Positions 53,401 through 61,805 of a stretch of DNA of 64,000 nt are shown here, in pieces. Each line of letters starts with the position of its first letter. The stretch's first letter is position 1. Below the pieces are notes generated by a model. That model worked only from the letters and a program-made list of their open reading frames with translations, was not told the origin of the DNA and did no database searches. Source of the DNA: a virus. Both the position numbers and the translations under genes were made by a program. The stretch covers positions 1-64,000 of IMG/VR virus record IMGVR_UViG_3300006752_000018; one strand, given 5' to 3'.

Positions 53401-54718
53401 AACAGGCACAACTACATCTATTACATTGTCAGCAACTGATACAGCAAATAGTGCTGATTATATTGGCATGGCTGTATATATTGAAGACGGTGTCGGTGTT
53501 GGACAGTACGGGTATATTGATACATATAATGCAGGTACAAAACTAGCAACAATCAAAAAAATGAGCGACGACTCGTCTGGATGGGATCATTTAGTTCCAG
53601 GTACTGCGGTTGAAGCTGCACTAGATCAAACATCTCAATATAGAGTTGAACCTAGAATATCAATCGGCGATCCTGTGTCAGGAACAACTGCACGAGCAAG
53701 AGTTAAAGTTGCAAGCGGAAAAATATTCCAAATAACATTATTTGATCCAGGCAACGGATACGATCCACTTAACCCGCCAACAGTAACTATAACAGATCCT
53801 ATTAATACAATTGATGCACCATTAGAAGTAAGAATAGGTGACGGGGTATTAGGACCGCCTACCTTTAGTGATAGAGGTACAGGATACGAAACATGTTCAA
53901 CAGCTATTGACGGCGACGGTTATGCTGATGTAAAACAAAGCGGAAAATATTTATATGTAGAAGCATCTGTAAATGAGCCTTTACCTGGTTCAAACGTACA
54001 AATTGCAGGCGACTCGACTATATATAAACTAGTTGAAGTATTTGAACTTCAGGGATCTGGACCATATTCTGCTAGATTACAAGTAAGCCCAGAAATACCG
54101 GTAGACTCAGAGCCAGCGCATGGCGCACAGGTAACACTACGAATAAGATATTCTCAAGTACGTTTGACAGGACACGATTTCTTAGATATAGGTACTGGTA
54201 ACTTTACTGATACTAACTATCCTGGAATTCCTGCAAATGCGCCTGACGCAGATGCTGAAACAAGAGAGTCTGGCGGTGGACGAGTATTCTATACAAGTAC
54301 AGACCAGGATGGTAACTTTAGAGTTGGCGACTTGTTTACAGTTGAACAGGCAACAGGTACTGCTACACTAGATGCTGATAACTTTAGTGTTAGTGGTCTA
54401 CAAGAACTACAACTTGGTAGTGTTAGCTTAGGCGGTACAAGTGCTACAATTAGAGAATTTAGTACAGACGGAACTTTTGCAGCAGATAGCGACAACATTG
54501 TTCCTACCCAAAGGGCTATAAGAACGTATATTAACGCACAAATTGGCGGTGGTGGTGCTACACTAAACGTTAACACATTAGTTGCCGGTAATATACAAAT
54601 TACAGGAAATACAATTTCCACAACTGATAATTCTACAATTATTGTAGGAGCAACAACAAACTTCACCCAAGGGGTATCTGGAACACCATTAGCGTTACAG
54701 TACTTTTTAAACGCATAG
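50456..54718 (+). CDS. Tail spike/fibre protein (about 1420 aa), paralogue of 45262: 8 CBM5/12-like repeats, beta-helix with phycobiliprotein-like insert
   Basis: ATG 50456 (MAEFKLGR) matches the paralogue start MAEFNISR, so it is preferred over GTG 50447. Shared blocks include VANDFTQILSDGIGYW and SQVRLTGHDFLDIG. Confidence 0.85.
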   Translation: MAEFKLGRIRFIWKGTWTAGTEYVRDDIVSYGGKTFIAILAHTASSDLETDLNDVQPKWEQFGDGLAWRGDWNVATYYKVNDIVKNGGFLYICNTGHTSNADVLIGLEGNLSNWDLFAEGLNYAGAWSTNTKYKINDIIAYGTATYICTQAHTSAANIVDGLEVDDLKWSVFSRGMDWKGVWTTSTRYKEYDVVNYYGRIYMCSTGHTSQATVAAGLEDDIVNWNLMYDGINYRAAWAPTTRYTVNDVVKNGPSLYISTAEHTSTGTFAADSSNWDVYLPGIEFEDSWSNSTIYQPGDIVTYGGYTYIAKSDHSNSVPSTTPADWDLFITGFNLEGDWDIATNYKVGDVIRLNGYTYLCNADNVGNIPPNASYWDKLNEGFYWTSAWADATSYVAGDVVNFSGNAYVCILAHIADIASNKPDLDTNGTYWNIVSSTAEENTLTTDGDILYYAGSGPARLPIGNPGQVLAVNASATAPEWIDFGFVENVFYVAPNGTDADGFGTTLDRPYASVAYCMNYILTSTRRHNAKALLDANVDFIAAEVVEWTDYQIANSIAPFTNAFTYDKALCLRDMKKIVKAVGYDISHGGNVETRKTAQSYFTAAGASYILGQETETVASINYSLEVVDAVLSNVAPATNYQTENSVATPVTQTIDGTLTEEADAETTYDTLVGLITASITAGNTNSLPAEQVVNTTVFVKTGEYLEQLPISIPAHTAIVGDELRSTKIKPASGNETANMFYVRNGCGIRNCTLAGLTGSLSGANAFGTSRPSAGAYVSLDPGEDETDRLVWIHSKSPYIQNVSTFGTGCIGLKVDGNLHDGGNDSIVANDFTQILSDGIGYWVTNLGRSELVSVFTYYNHIGYLAENGGKIRATNGNNSYGAFGSVAEGIDSTEVPNTSTVNNYYTEANVAETITDGDRILALEYANCGVSYTTATYTFIGEGIDVAVGAIDTNDGGIFEIRLLNSAGNYGGADYQTSLNNAQTGTTTSITLSATDTANSADYIGMAVYIEDGVGVGQYGYIDTYNAGTKLATIKKMSDDSSGWDHLVPGTAVEAALDQTSQYRVEPRISIGDPVSGTTARARVKVASGKIFQITLFDPGNGYDPLNPPTVTITDPINTIDAPLEVRIGDGVLGPPTFSDRGTGYETCSTAIDGDGYADVKQSGKYLYVEASVNEPLPGSNVQIAGDSTIYKLVEVFELQGSGPYSARLQVSPEIPVDSEPAHGAQVTLRIRYSQVRLTGHDFLDIGTGNFTDTNYPGIPANAPDADAETRESGGGRVFYTSTDQDGNFRVGDLFTVEQATGTATLDADNFSVSGLQELQLGSVSLGGTSATIREFSTDGTFAADSDNIVPTQRAIRTYINAQIGGGGATLNVNTLVAGNIQITGNTISTTDNSTIIVGATTNFTQGVSGTPLALQYFLNA

Positions 54719-54733
54719 ATAAAGGAAAGAAAA

Positions 54734-55060
54734 ATGGCATCGGGAAGATTAGGCGCAAACGATCTAACAAGCGCAACAGACACAACATTATATACTGTGC
54801 CTGCAGATACATTCACTATTGCTAGTGTGTCATTCTGTAACAGAGGTAACCAAACAATCACAGTAAGATTAGCTGTAGCTGACTTAGACGTACCAGCTTT
54901 AGCAGAATACATAGAGTATGAAACAGAAATACCTCCAAAAGGAGTTTTGGAGAGAACGGGTATTGCACTTGGTGCAACCCAAAAGTTAGTTGTACGTGCA
55001 AACTCAGCTAACGTAAGTGCAGTAGGATTTGGTGTAGAAACACCATTACCTTCGTCTTGA
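54734..55060 (+). CDS. Small virion/fibre adaptor protein (108 aa)
   Basis: TTLYTVPA..SVSFCNRG..YIEY pattern; AAGGA RBS; resembles 31595. Confidence 0.7.
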   Translation: MASGRLGANDLTSATDTTLYTVPADTFTIASVSFCNRGNQTITVRLAVADLDVPALAEYIEYETEIPPKGVLERTGIALGATQKLVVRANSANVSAVGFGVETPLPSS

Positions 55061-55066
55061 TAAATA
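55061..55066 (+). promoter_or_regulatory. T4-like late promoter core TAAATA
   Basis: TGATAAATAC directly after the stop. Confidence 0.75.
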
Positions 55067-55086
55067 CATTGTAGTAAGGAATTAAA

Positions 55087-55419
55087 ATGGCAAGATACAT
55101 TACAACGACAGGTTCAGCAAGCACTACAGTACGTACTGTAACTGGAAACACAGCAGCAGTAGCAAACGAACGTTTGCTAGTTGATACAAGTTCAGCTACT
55201 GTTACAGTTACACTACCTAGTCAGGCAACAACATTAGTAAACGATACAATTCAGTTTATTGATGTCGCAGGAGATTTTGGTACGAATAATTGTACTGTAG
55301 CAAGAAATGGGCATAACATACATGGCTTAGCAGAAGACTTAGCGTTAGACATTGGCAACAGTGCAGCTACCCTAGTTTATAGCGGAGCAACATATGGCTG
55401 GGTCCTAGCAGGATCATAA
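55087..55419 (+). CDS. Small T4 gp34-N-like fibre adaptor domain protein (110 aa)
   Basis: LVDTSSATVTVTLP..IDVAGDFGTNNCTV..EDL.LD..LVY....GW, homologous to the C-terminus of 32430. Confidence 0.65.
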   Translation: MARYITTTGSASTTVRTVTGNTAAVANERLLVDTSSATVTVTLPSQATTLVNDTIQFIDVAGDFGTNNCTVARNGHNIHGLAEDLALDIGNSAATLVYSGATYGWVLAGS

Positions 55420-55433
55420 TATAAGGAAGCATA

Positions 55434-56165
55434 ATGGCAAGTTTAAGTAGTTTAAAAGTAGACTTAGCACCGGCCTCTAATCCGGGAATAACTTCGTTTA
55501 CTGTATCAAATGATAGTCGAAGTCAAAATAACGGCGGCAGGTGTTGCTTATTTACTGTGCCAGATGGTGTTACCCAAGTTACCTTTGAGTTATGGGGATC
55601 AGGACCTAATGGTGCTGCTGCTAGATGCTGTCAAGCAACAGTATTCACTGGCTCAGGAGGCATGTATGCAATGCGTACAATTTCAACTGTAGCTGGTTGT
55701 ACATATACACTATGCGCAGCAGGAAGCGGATGCTGTAGTTCAAGTTGTAACGGCTCTACAGGAGCAACAACATATGTTAGCGGTTCAGGAATAGCAACAA
55801 CATGTGCACCATCAGGTGAACCGGGTAGAACATCGTGCTTTACATTAGACGGCTCTACCTGTTGTGCAGGATGTGTTGTATGTAAAACATCAGCAGGTGA
55901 ATGGTGTATGCCAGCAATCAGAAATACAACACATAAAGAAGGTGGGTGTTTGAATACTAATAAATGGGTAATGGGAGGTGCTTATCAATTAGGCACTTTT
56001 AATGCTACGAGATCAATTTGTACGAATACTACATATTGTAATGCTTGTTGCTGGGGATACGGACACTTTCCAGCAGGTCCAGGATCAAACGCTATAACTT
56101 GTTCAGGAGTTTGCCGTTGTGGTACTCCAGGAATGGGCGGAGTAATTAGAGTGTCATATGCATAA
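55434..56165 (+). CDS. Cys-rich Gly-rich-fold adhesin-like protein 1 (243 aa, 24 Cys)
   Basis: NNGGRCCLFTVP..ELWGSG...CGTPGMGGVIRVSY; paralogue of 56842 and 57601. Confidence 0.75.
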   Translation: MASLSSLKVDLAPASNPGITSFTVSNDSRSQNNGGRCCLFTVPDGVTQVTFELWGSGPNGAAARCCQATVFTGSGGMYAMRTISTVAGCTYTLCAAGSGCCSSSCNGSTGATTYVSGSGIATTCAPSGEPGRTSCFTLDGSTCCAGCVVCKTSAGEWCMPAIRNTTHKEGGCLNTNKWVMGGAYQLGTFNATRSICTNTTYCNACCWGYGHFPAGPGSNAITCSGVCRCGTPGMGGVIRVSYA

Positions 56166-56177
56166 AGGAAGAAAAAA

Positions 56178-56828
56178 ATGCCAAACAATAATATTATAAC
56201 AACAGCATTTACTTTTACTGCTCCAGATGAGCAATTTAGCACATCGACAAGTAACAATGTAACAGTAAATGCAGAATATACAGGACCAGATAAATGGTAT
56301 GTTTTTGTAGATGAAACTACAGGGATTATGTCACAGGGTATGTGGCCAACTTTAACAGACGAGAATGATGGGGCCGATGTAGGCACTCCAGCGGGTGCAT
56401 TGAAGGTAATGATTAATTCAGCGGATGATCCGTTTATTGCTTCTATTATTGACCCTAACGGTTATTCACAATCTACTGCAAGCTCAACAGTAACTGAAAC
56501 TATTACATTAGCAGACGATAGTACAGCAGATTATAGCTATGATTGGCCACAATCGCCAGACGAAATTGTAGATAGAACAACAATACGTTATGCAGATGGT
56601 GCGTGGACACATAGCTTTATAGAAGCAGAAGTAACTTGGGACGATGTAAGATCAGCAAGAGATACTGCTTTAGAAAGTTCAGATTATAAGGTTCCGGCAG
56701 ATATGCCAGACGATTTAAAAGCAACTTGGGTAGCATACAGGGCTGCACTTAGAGCATTACCGGCAAACTGGATAGGCCAAGATGCTCATAAAGTAATTTT
56801 TCCTGAATCACCTGAAAATTCAGCATAA
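56178..56828 (+). CDS. Tail fibre assembly chaperone-like protein 1 (216 aa)
   Basis: C-terminal WDDVRSARDTALESSD...W.AYRAALRALP...FPE.P is typical of phage tail assembly chaperones. Confidence 0.75.
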   Translation: MPNNNIITTAFTFTAPDEQFSTSTSNNVTVNAEYTGPDKWYVFVDETTGIMSQGMWPTLTDENDGADVGTPAGALKVMINSADDPFIASIIDPNGYSQSTASSTVTETITLADDSTADYSYDWPQSPDEIVDRTTIRYADGAWTHSFIEAEVTWDDVRSARDTALESSDYKVPADMPDDLKATWVAYRAALRALPANWIGQDAHKVIFPESPENSA

Positions 56829-56841
56829 TTAAGGATATAAA

Positions 56842-57591
56842 ATGGCAGGCTTAAGAAGTTTATTAGATTACGGATCCGACGGAGGAGTACCAACAAACGG
56901 CACAATGTCAGTTGTAAGGATATTAGCATCATCACCGTCTAATGTTAACAACGGAGGTGCCTGTTGTCTATTTACTGTGCCTGCAAACGTTAAATGGATA
57001 GGTGTAGAATTGTGGGGAGGCGGTGGCGCTGGCGCTGGCGCACCTAACTGTCACGCTGGCCGCAGCGGCGGCCCTGGCGCTTATGGAAGAAAAATATTTG
57101 AAACTTCTCCAGGAACTCAGTGGACAATTTGCGCAGGCGGAACTACGTGCTGTAGATCAAGTTGTTGCGGATGCACCGGTTTTGGATCATATATATGTCA
57201 AGGCTCTACAGCTTGTATGTGCGTAAGCGGAGGCTCGGCCGGATGCACACTCAGTTACGGTAACTGTAGTTGCGGTAATTCATTAAATAATTGTCAAACA
57301 GGGTGTGTCAATGGTGCAACATTATGTATTCGTCCTGTACAAGGACACGGAAAATGGACATACGGTGGTAAGTGCAACTTCAAACAGTTTGCTCCAGGAG
57401 CGCCATATGCACATACGACAGGAATATGGAGTATGACAGGTTGTGCAACATGTCATGGATTAGCATTTATGGGAGGTTGCGTACCATATCCAGGACACGG
57501 TGGCATGAGCGGTAATAGTGCAGGTGGTACTGTTTGTGGTGCACCGGGCGGATCTGGTATGGTACAAATACTATATATTGCATCGGAATAA
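56842..57591 (+). CDS. Cys-rich Gly-rich-fold adhesin-like protein 2 (249 aa, 23 Cys)
   Basis: NNGGACCLFTVP..ELWGGGG..TICAGGTTCC..CGAPGGSGMV. Confidence 0.75.
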   Translation: MAGLRSLLDYGSDGGVPTNGTMSVVRILASSPSNVNNGGACCLFTVPANVKWIGVELWGGGGAGAGAPNCHAGRSGGPGAYGRKIFETSPGTQWTICAGGTTCCRSSCCGCTGFGSYICQGSTACMCVSGGSAGCTLSYGNCSCGNSLNNCQTGCVNGATLCIRPVQGHGKWTYGGKCNFKQFAPGAPYAHTTGIWSMTGCATCHGLAFMGGCVPYPGHGGMSGNSAGGTVCGAPGGSGMVQILYIASE

Positions 57592-57600
57592 GGATAGAAA

Positions 57601-58344
57601 ATGGCTAATTTAAGAGATTATTTATATGGATACGAAGCAGGAGGAGCCAATGTTCCGCAAGAGTTAGTGGTATTTAACACTAATATTACTACAGGTAACA
57701 ACGGAGGTAAGTGTTGTTTATATACTGTAGGACCTAATATGACTAGCGTCAGCGGCGAAGTTTGGGCAGGCGGTGGTGCAGGCGCAGGCGGATATTGTTG
57801 CACATTTGGTTGTGGCGGCAGTCCAGGAGGCTATGTAGAATTTAATGCACCGGTTACGCCTGGCGATAGTATAACAGTATGTGCAGCTGGTTCAACTTGT
57901 TGTAGAAGTTACAGTAGTTGCCAAAACGGTGCCAATTCTTATATTTGTAAGCCGGGTACATGGTGTATTATAGCATGTGGTGGCTGTCACGGTTATTGGC
58001 AATGTAATGGATTTTATTGCTACACATGTCAACGTGTTTGTCAAGAAAACGGCGGAGCTATTAGTGGTAGTGGTGCTACAGGTACAATACATCCAAGAAA
58101 TTTGTCATATGTGTTTAATAACAACTGGTGTTACAACCACACTTATGAAGTTAATCCAGGACCTGCAATGACAGGACATACACGTATGTTTGAAAATGGT
58201 TGCTGTATGAATAGATACGGCGCAGGATGTTACTTCGGAACATTTCCAGGCGGAGGTGGCATGACATCGCATACACAAGGCGGTTGTACTAGCCAATGTG
58301 GAACACCGGGCGCCGGCGGCCAAGTATATTTAATATTTAGATAG
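57601..58344 (+). CDS. Cys-rich Gly-rich-fold adhesin-like protein 3 (247 aa, 23 Cys)
   Basis: NNGGKCCLYTV..EVWAGGG..TVCAAGSTCC..CGTPGAGGQV. Confidence 0.75.
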   Translation: MANLRDYLYGYEAGGANVPQELVVFNTNITTGNNGGKCCLYTVGPNMTSVSGEVWAGGGAGAGGYCCTFGCGGSPGGYVEFNAPVTPGDSITVCAAGSTCCRSYSSCQNGANSYICKPGTWCIIACGGCHGYWQCNGFYCYTCQRVCQENGGAISGSGATGTIHPRNLSYVFNNNWCYNHTYEVNPGPAMTGHTRMFENGCCMNRYGAGCYFGTFPGGGGMTSHTQGGCTSQCGTPGAGGQVYLIFR

Positions 58345-58352
58345 GATGAGTA

Positions 58353-58970
58353 ATGACGACAATAAATGTAGATTTTAGTTATAAAGCACCAAACAAACGT
58401 GGTGAACCTAACTTAGAAAATTACACTCTAGCATCGTGGTCATATACAGGACCAGATAGGATATGGGTGTTTATAGATGCCGAAACGGGGCAACTTGAAC
58501 CGAGAGATGCATTAACTGTAGAAACAGACGGAGAAACATTTAATCCTGTACCAACAGAAATTAAAGTAGAAGTTGATCCGACTCGTGATCCATTAGTAGC
58601 AACTTTAGCTGCAACAGACTTTGATGGCGATGCTCCTACAAGATCATGGGCCCTTCCAGATGGTAGAACACATATAGATTTTGATCCTTTACCGCCACAC
58701 GAAGCATACCGTTGTGAAGGTGTTGTGTACGATGCAGCAGCTAATACTTGGTCTTACACATGGGATAGAAATTTAATTACGTGGGACCAAGTAAAAAGTA
58801 CACGTGACTCTCTATTAATTTGGAGTGATCCTAGAGTTAGAGATGATATACCAGAAAGTGTAAAAGCACCGTGGGTAACATATAGACAAGCATTAAGAGA
58901 TATTACTACTGTTTGGGCAGGGCATGAAGCATGGGAAGTACTTATGCCAAATATACCAGAAGGCGGCTAA
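58353..58970 (+). CDS. Tail fibre assembly chaperone-like protein 2 (205 aa), paralogue of 56178
   Basis: Shares YTGPD..VF.D.ETG with 56178; C-terminal WDQVKSTRDSLL.WSD..W.TYRQALRD. Confidence 0.75.
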   Translation: MTTINVDFSYKAPNKRGEPNLENYTLASWSYTGPDRIWVFIDAETGQLEPRDALTVETDGETFNPVPTEIKVEVDPTRDPLVATLAATDFDGDAPTRSWALPDGRTHIDFDPLPPHEAYRCEGVVYDAAANTWSYTWDRNLITWDQVKSTRDSLLIWSDPRVRDDIPESVKAPWVTYRQALRDITTVWAGHEAWEVLMPNIPEGG

Positions 58971-58992
58971 ACCACTTTTAGTTTAATTTTGT

Positions 58993-59025
58993 ATGCCTCT
59001 CTATAAGTAATTTATAGAGAGGTAT
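58993..59025 (+). promoter_or_regulatory. Stem-loop hiding the RBS of 59030 and containing the late-promoter variant TATAAGTA (59002-59009); possibly also a terminator
   Basis: CCTCTCTATAA (58996-59006) pairs perfectly with TTATAGAGAGG (59012-59022) around a GTAAT loop, extendable by 3 bp with one G-U pair. A T-run and ATG 59030 follow. Confidence 0.75.
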
Positions 59026-59029
59026 TTTT

Positions 59030-60001
59030 ATGTCAGAAAGAAACAAAGCATTTTTTATTAATGGTGGCGCAGGCCGTGTAATTACAAGCATTCCAGCATT
59101 AGAATTGTTCGAAAAAGAAAATCCAAATAACGATTTTATAATAGTATGTGAGGGCGGAACTGATTTTTATAAAGGACATCCGCAATTGCATAAACGTGCA
59201 TACGATGTATGGCATAAAAATTTATTTGAAGATAAATTAAAAGATATGGATTTAATAAGTCCTGAGCCGTATAGAGTTTGGGAATATTATAATCAAAAAG
59301 GCAGTTTAGCTCAAGCATACGACATAGAAATTAACAAACAAGGTCTTAGAGAGTTGCCTCGTCCTCACATCTACCTTGGAAAACAAGAAACTGTCTTTGC
59401 ACAAAAACTTATAAAAGAAATTAAAGAAAAAACAAAAAAAGAAAAAGTAATAGTATTTCAGCCATTTGGTAGAGGTATTATGAATGAAGACGGTATGATT
59501 TTAGATCCTACTGGAAGAAGTTTCGAGCCTGAAGCTGTTGTAAGTATTGTGAGAAAACTTTCTAAAAAGTTTGCAGTAGTGTTTATGTCAGAAATAGGTA
59601 TACAATTTGGTGACTACGATATTAAAGAACCTATAGCTATACCTCAAGGAGCTGACTTAAGAGAATGGTCTGCTATAATAAATCAAGCAGATTATTTTTT
59701 AGGATGCGATAGTGTAGGACAACATATGTCATATGCATTGCGCACCCCTGCAACAATTGTTTTAGGTAGTACATACGAAATAAACGTGTCATATCCTGGC
59801 TGTAAATATTTTGATATTTTAGATATGGGAGAAGATGCTAGAATGTATAGTCCTATACGTATAACTGTAGATGAGTATACAGATAGAATGAACGAAGGTG
59901 TTATGAGAATGAATGATAAAATAGAAAATGTTATTGTTGAATCGTGTGTTAAAAATCAAAAAAAATGGAATGGTAAACCTGAGCTAAAGGATGCAGCCTA
60001 A
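59030..60001 (+). CDS. GT9-like (ADP-heptose:LPS heptosyltransferase family, GT-B fold) glycosyltransferase
   Basis: N-terminal GGAGRVITSIPAL and C-terminal LRE..AII..ADYFLGCDSVGQHMSYALRTPATIVLGST match the GT9 D-S-x-x-x-H signature region. Confidence 0.7.
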   Translation: MSERNKAFFINGGAGRVITSIPALELFEKENPNNDFIIVCEGGTDFYKGHPQLHKRAYDVWHKNLFEDKLKDMDLISPEPYRVWEYYNQKGSLAQAYDIEINKQGLRELPRPHIYLGKQETVFAQKLIKEIKEKTKKEKVIVFQPFGRGIMNEDGMILDPTGRSFEPEAVVSIVRKLSKKFAVVFMSEIGIQFGDYDIKEPIAIPQGADLREWSAIINQADYFLGCDSVGQHMSYALRTPATIVLGSTYEINVSYPGCKYFDILDMGEDARMYSPIRITVDEYTDRMNEGVMRMNDKIENVIVESCVKNQKKWNGKPELKDAA

Positions 60002-61782
60002 TGATTAAAAAAGATCCTATATGGATTGCTGCTATTGCTAGAGGTCATAATGCAAGTGTATGTCTTTTAAAAGATGGTGAAATTATTTTTAATATTGAAG
60101 AAGAAAGGTTAAGCCGCCAGAAGTATGACGGTGGACCGTTTGCTGGAATGTATAAAATATTAGAATATACAAATAAATTAGATTATCTAGTTGTAGCACA
60201 TACCCAACCATTAAATGAAGCAGGTAGAATAGACTTTAGTGGTGATGATATGTATACAGGCTTAGCAAGAAAACTTGGTCTTATTGATAGGAAACAAAAT
60301 CCATATGACCACCCTCAAGTAATTGATATGAGTAGTTATCACCATAAACTACATGCAGCATGTGCTTTTTATAGAAGCGGTTTTAAAGAAGCAGCTGGCT
60401 TAGTTGTTGACGGCGCAGGTACATTTATTAATATGGGAGATACTATAGTTTGGGAAGTTGAAACTATATTTGATTGTTCTTATCCTAATAACTTAGCTAC
60501 TGTAAGAAAGAATATTGGCACTACGGGTCCGTTAGTTGAAAAATTTGCAGAAGGTATTGATAGTAGTATCTTTAATGATAATGGTACACACGAAGCATAT
60601 GTAACTGAAAAAGCCGGAATAACAAAAACTTATGAAGCTGTTACAGAATATTGTGGATGGAATTTTATTGAAGCCGGAAAAACAATGGGTTTGTTTCCGT
60701 ATGGTAACCCAAACGAAAATATTCCAAAACTTTTTCATAGTACACTATACGGCGATGTCAGTAATAGAAATTTAATTATACCAACATATCCTAACGGTGC
60801 ATATGTTAACAAAGATGTATACGAAGAATTATATGAATCTGGTGATGAGGAACAGGATCTTACACTATTACAAAATAGGCGTGACTTAGCCTATGCTGTA
60901 CAAACACAAACACAAGAACAAGTGGTAAAACTAATTCGTAAAGCAGTTGAAATGACTGGTAAAAATAAGGTTGTAATAAGTGGCGGCTATGGATTAAACT
61001 GTGTTGCTAACTACTACTACTTAGATAATTTAGATGACATTGAAATATATGTTGAGCCTGTATCTAATGATAGTGGAACAGCAATGGGCGCAGCATTACT
61101 TCAATGGTATGAAATTACTAACGATACAACTGTTCGAAAAAGGACAGATACGTTATACGAAGGATTTCAATATTGTTATTCAAATGACGAAATTGAAACA
61201 TTGGCAAAAAAATATAATGCTACAGTGCAAGATGCAGTTGATGAAGATGTAATTAATTTAATTACAACAAAAAATATTGTAAGTATATTTCAAGGAAAGT
61301 CGGAAAATGGTCCCCGTGCATTAGGAAACAGAAGTATACTTTATGATCCTACAGATCCAAATGGAAAAGATTTTGTAAACGAAATAAAACGCAGGGAATA
61401 CTTTCGTCCATTTGCAGGTAGTATATTAGAAGAAGATGTACATGAGTGGTTTGACTTACGTGGCATGGATAGTTCGCCTACAATGATGTATGCTGTAAAT
61501 TGTCAACCCGGTATAGAAGAAAAGATTCCCGCAATTATTCACATAGACGGAACATGTCGTATACAAACTGTTAACGAAGAACAAAACCCAAACTATTATA
61601 AACTTATCAAGGCGTTTAAAGATGCAACAGGATGTCCAATTATTTTTAATACATCGTTTAACTTAGGGGGAGAACCCCTTGTTGAAACATTAGAAGATGC
61701 GTTATGGACGCTATCACAAAGTGGTATTAACTACTTGTATCTACCAGAATTTGGAAAATTAATAACATGTATAACCGAATAA
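60001..61782 (+). CDS. O-carbamoyltransferase, NodU/CmcH/TobZ family
   Basis: HNAS..EEERLSRQK, HHKLHA, VVDGAG, GKTMGL, SGGYGLNCVAN, NDSG.AMGAA, GPRALGNRS, KRREYFRPFA, HIDGTCRIQTV and NTSFNLGGEP. Confidence 0.92.
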   Translation: MIKKDPIWIAAIARGHNASVCLLKDGEIIFNIEEERLSRQKYDGGPFAGMYKILEYTNKLDYLVVAHTQPLNEAGRIDFSGDDMYTGLARKLGLIDRKQNPYDHPQVIDMSSYHHKLHAACAFYRSGFKEAAGLVVDGAGTFINMGDTIVWEVETIFDCSYPNNLATVRKNIGTTGPLVEKFAEGIDSSIFNDNGTHEAYVTEKAGITKTYEAVTEYCGWNFIEAGKTMGLFPYGNPNENIPKLFHSTLYGDVSNRNLIIPTYPNGAYVNKDVYEELYESGDEEQDLTLLQNRRDLAYAVQTQTQEQVVKLIRKAVEMTGKNKVVISGGYGLNCVANYYYLDNLDDIEIYVEPVSNDSGTAMGAALLQWYEITNDTTVRKRTDTLYEGFQYCYSNDEIETLAKKYNATVQDAVDEDVINLITTKNIVSIFQGKSENGPRALGNRSILYDPTDPNGKDFVNEIKRREYFRPFAGSILEEDVHEWFDLRGMDSSPTMMYAVNCQPGIEEKIPAIIHIDGTCRIQTVNEEQNPNYYKLIKAFKDATGCPIIFNTSFNLGGEPLVETLEDALWTLSQSGINYLYLPEFGKLITCITE

Positions 61783-61785
61783 ATA
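61780..61785 (+). promoter_or_regulatory. T4-like late promoter core TAAATA overlapping a stop codon
   Basis: AATAAATAC; AAGGAG lies downstream. Confidence 0.7.
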
Positions 61786-61805
61786 CATTATCAAGGAGAT
61801 TGTAA

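Noticed and set aside
55434-58344. Diversity-generating retroelement or invertible cassette acting on the adhesin paralogues
   Set aside because: No reverse transcriptase or recombinase is present, and I saw no template/variable repeat pair differing only at adenines and no flanking inverted repeats.
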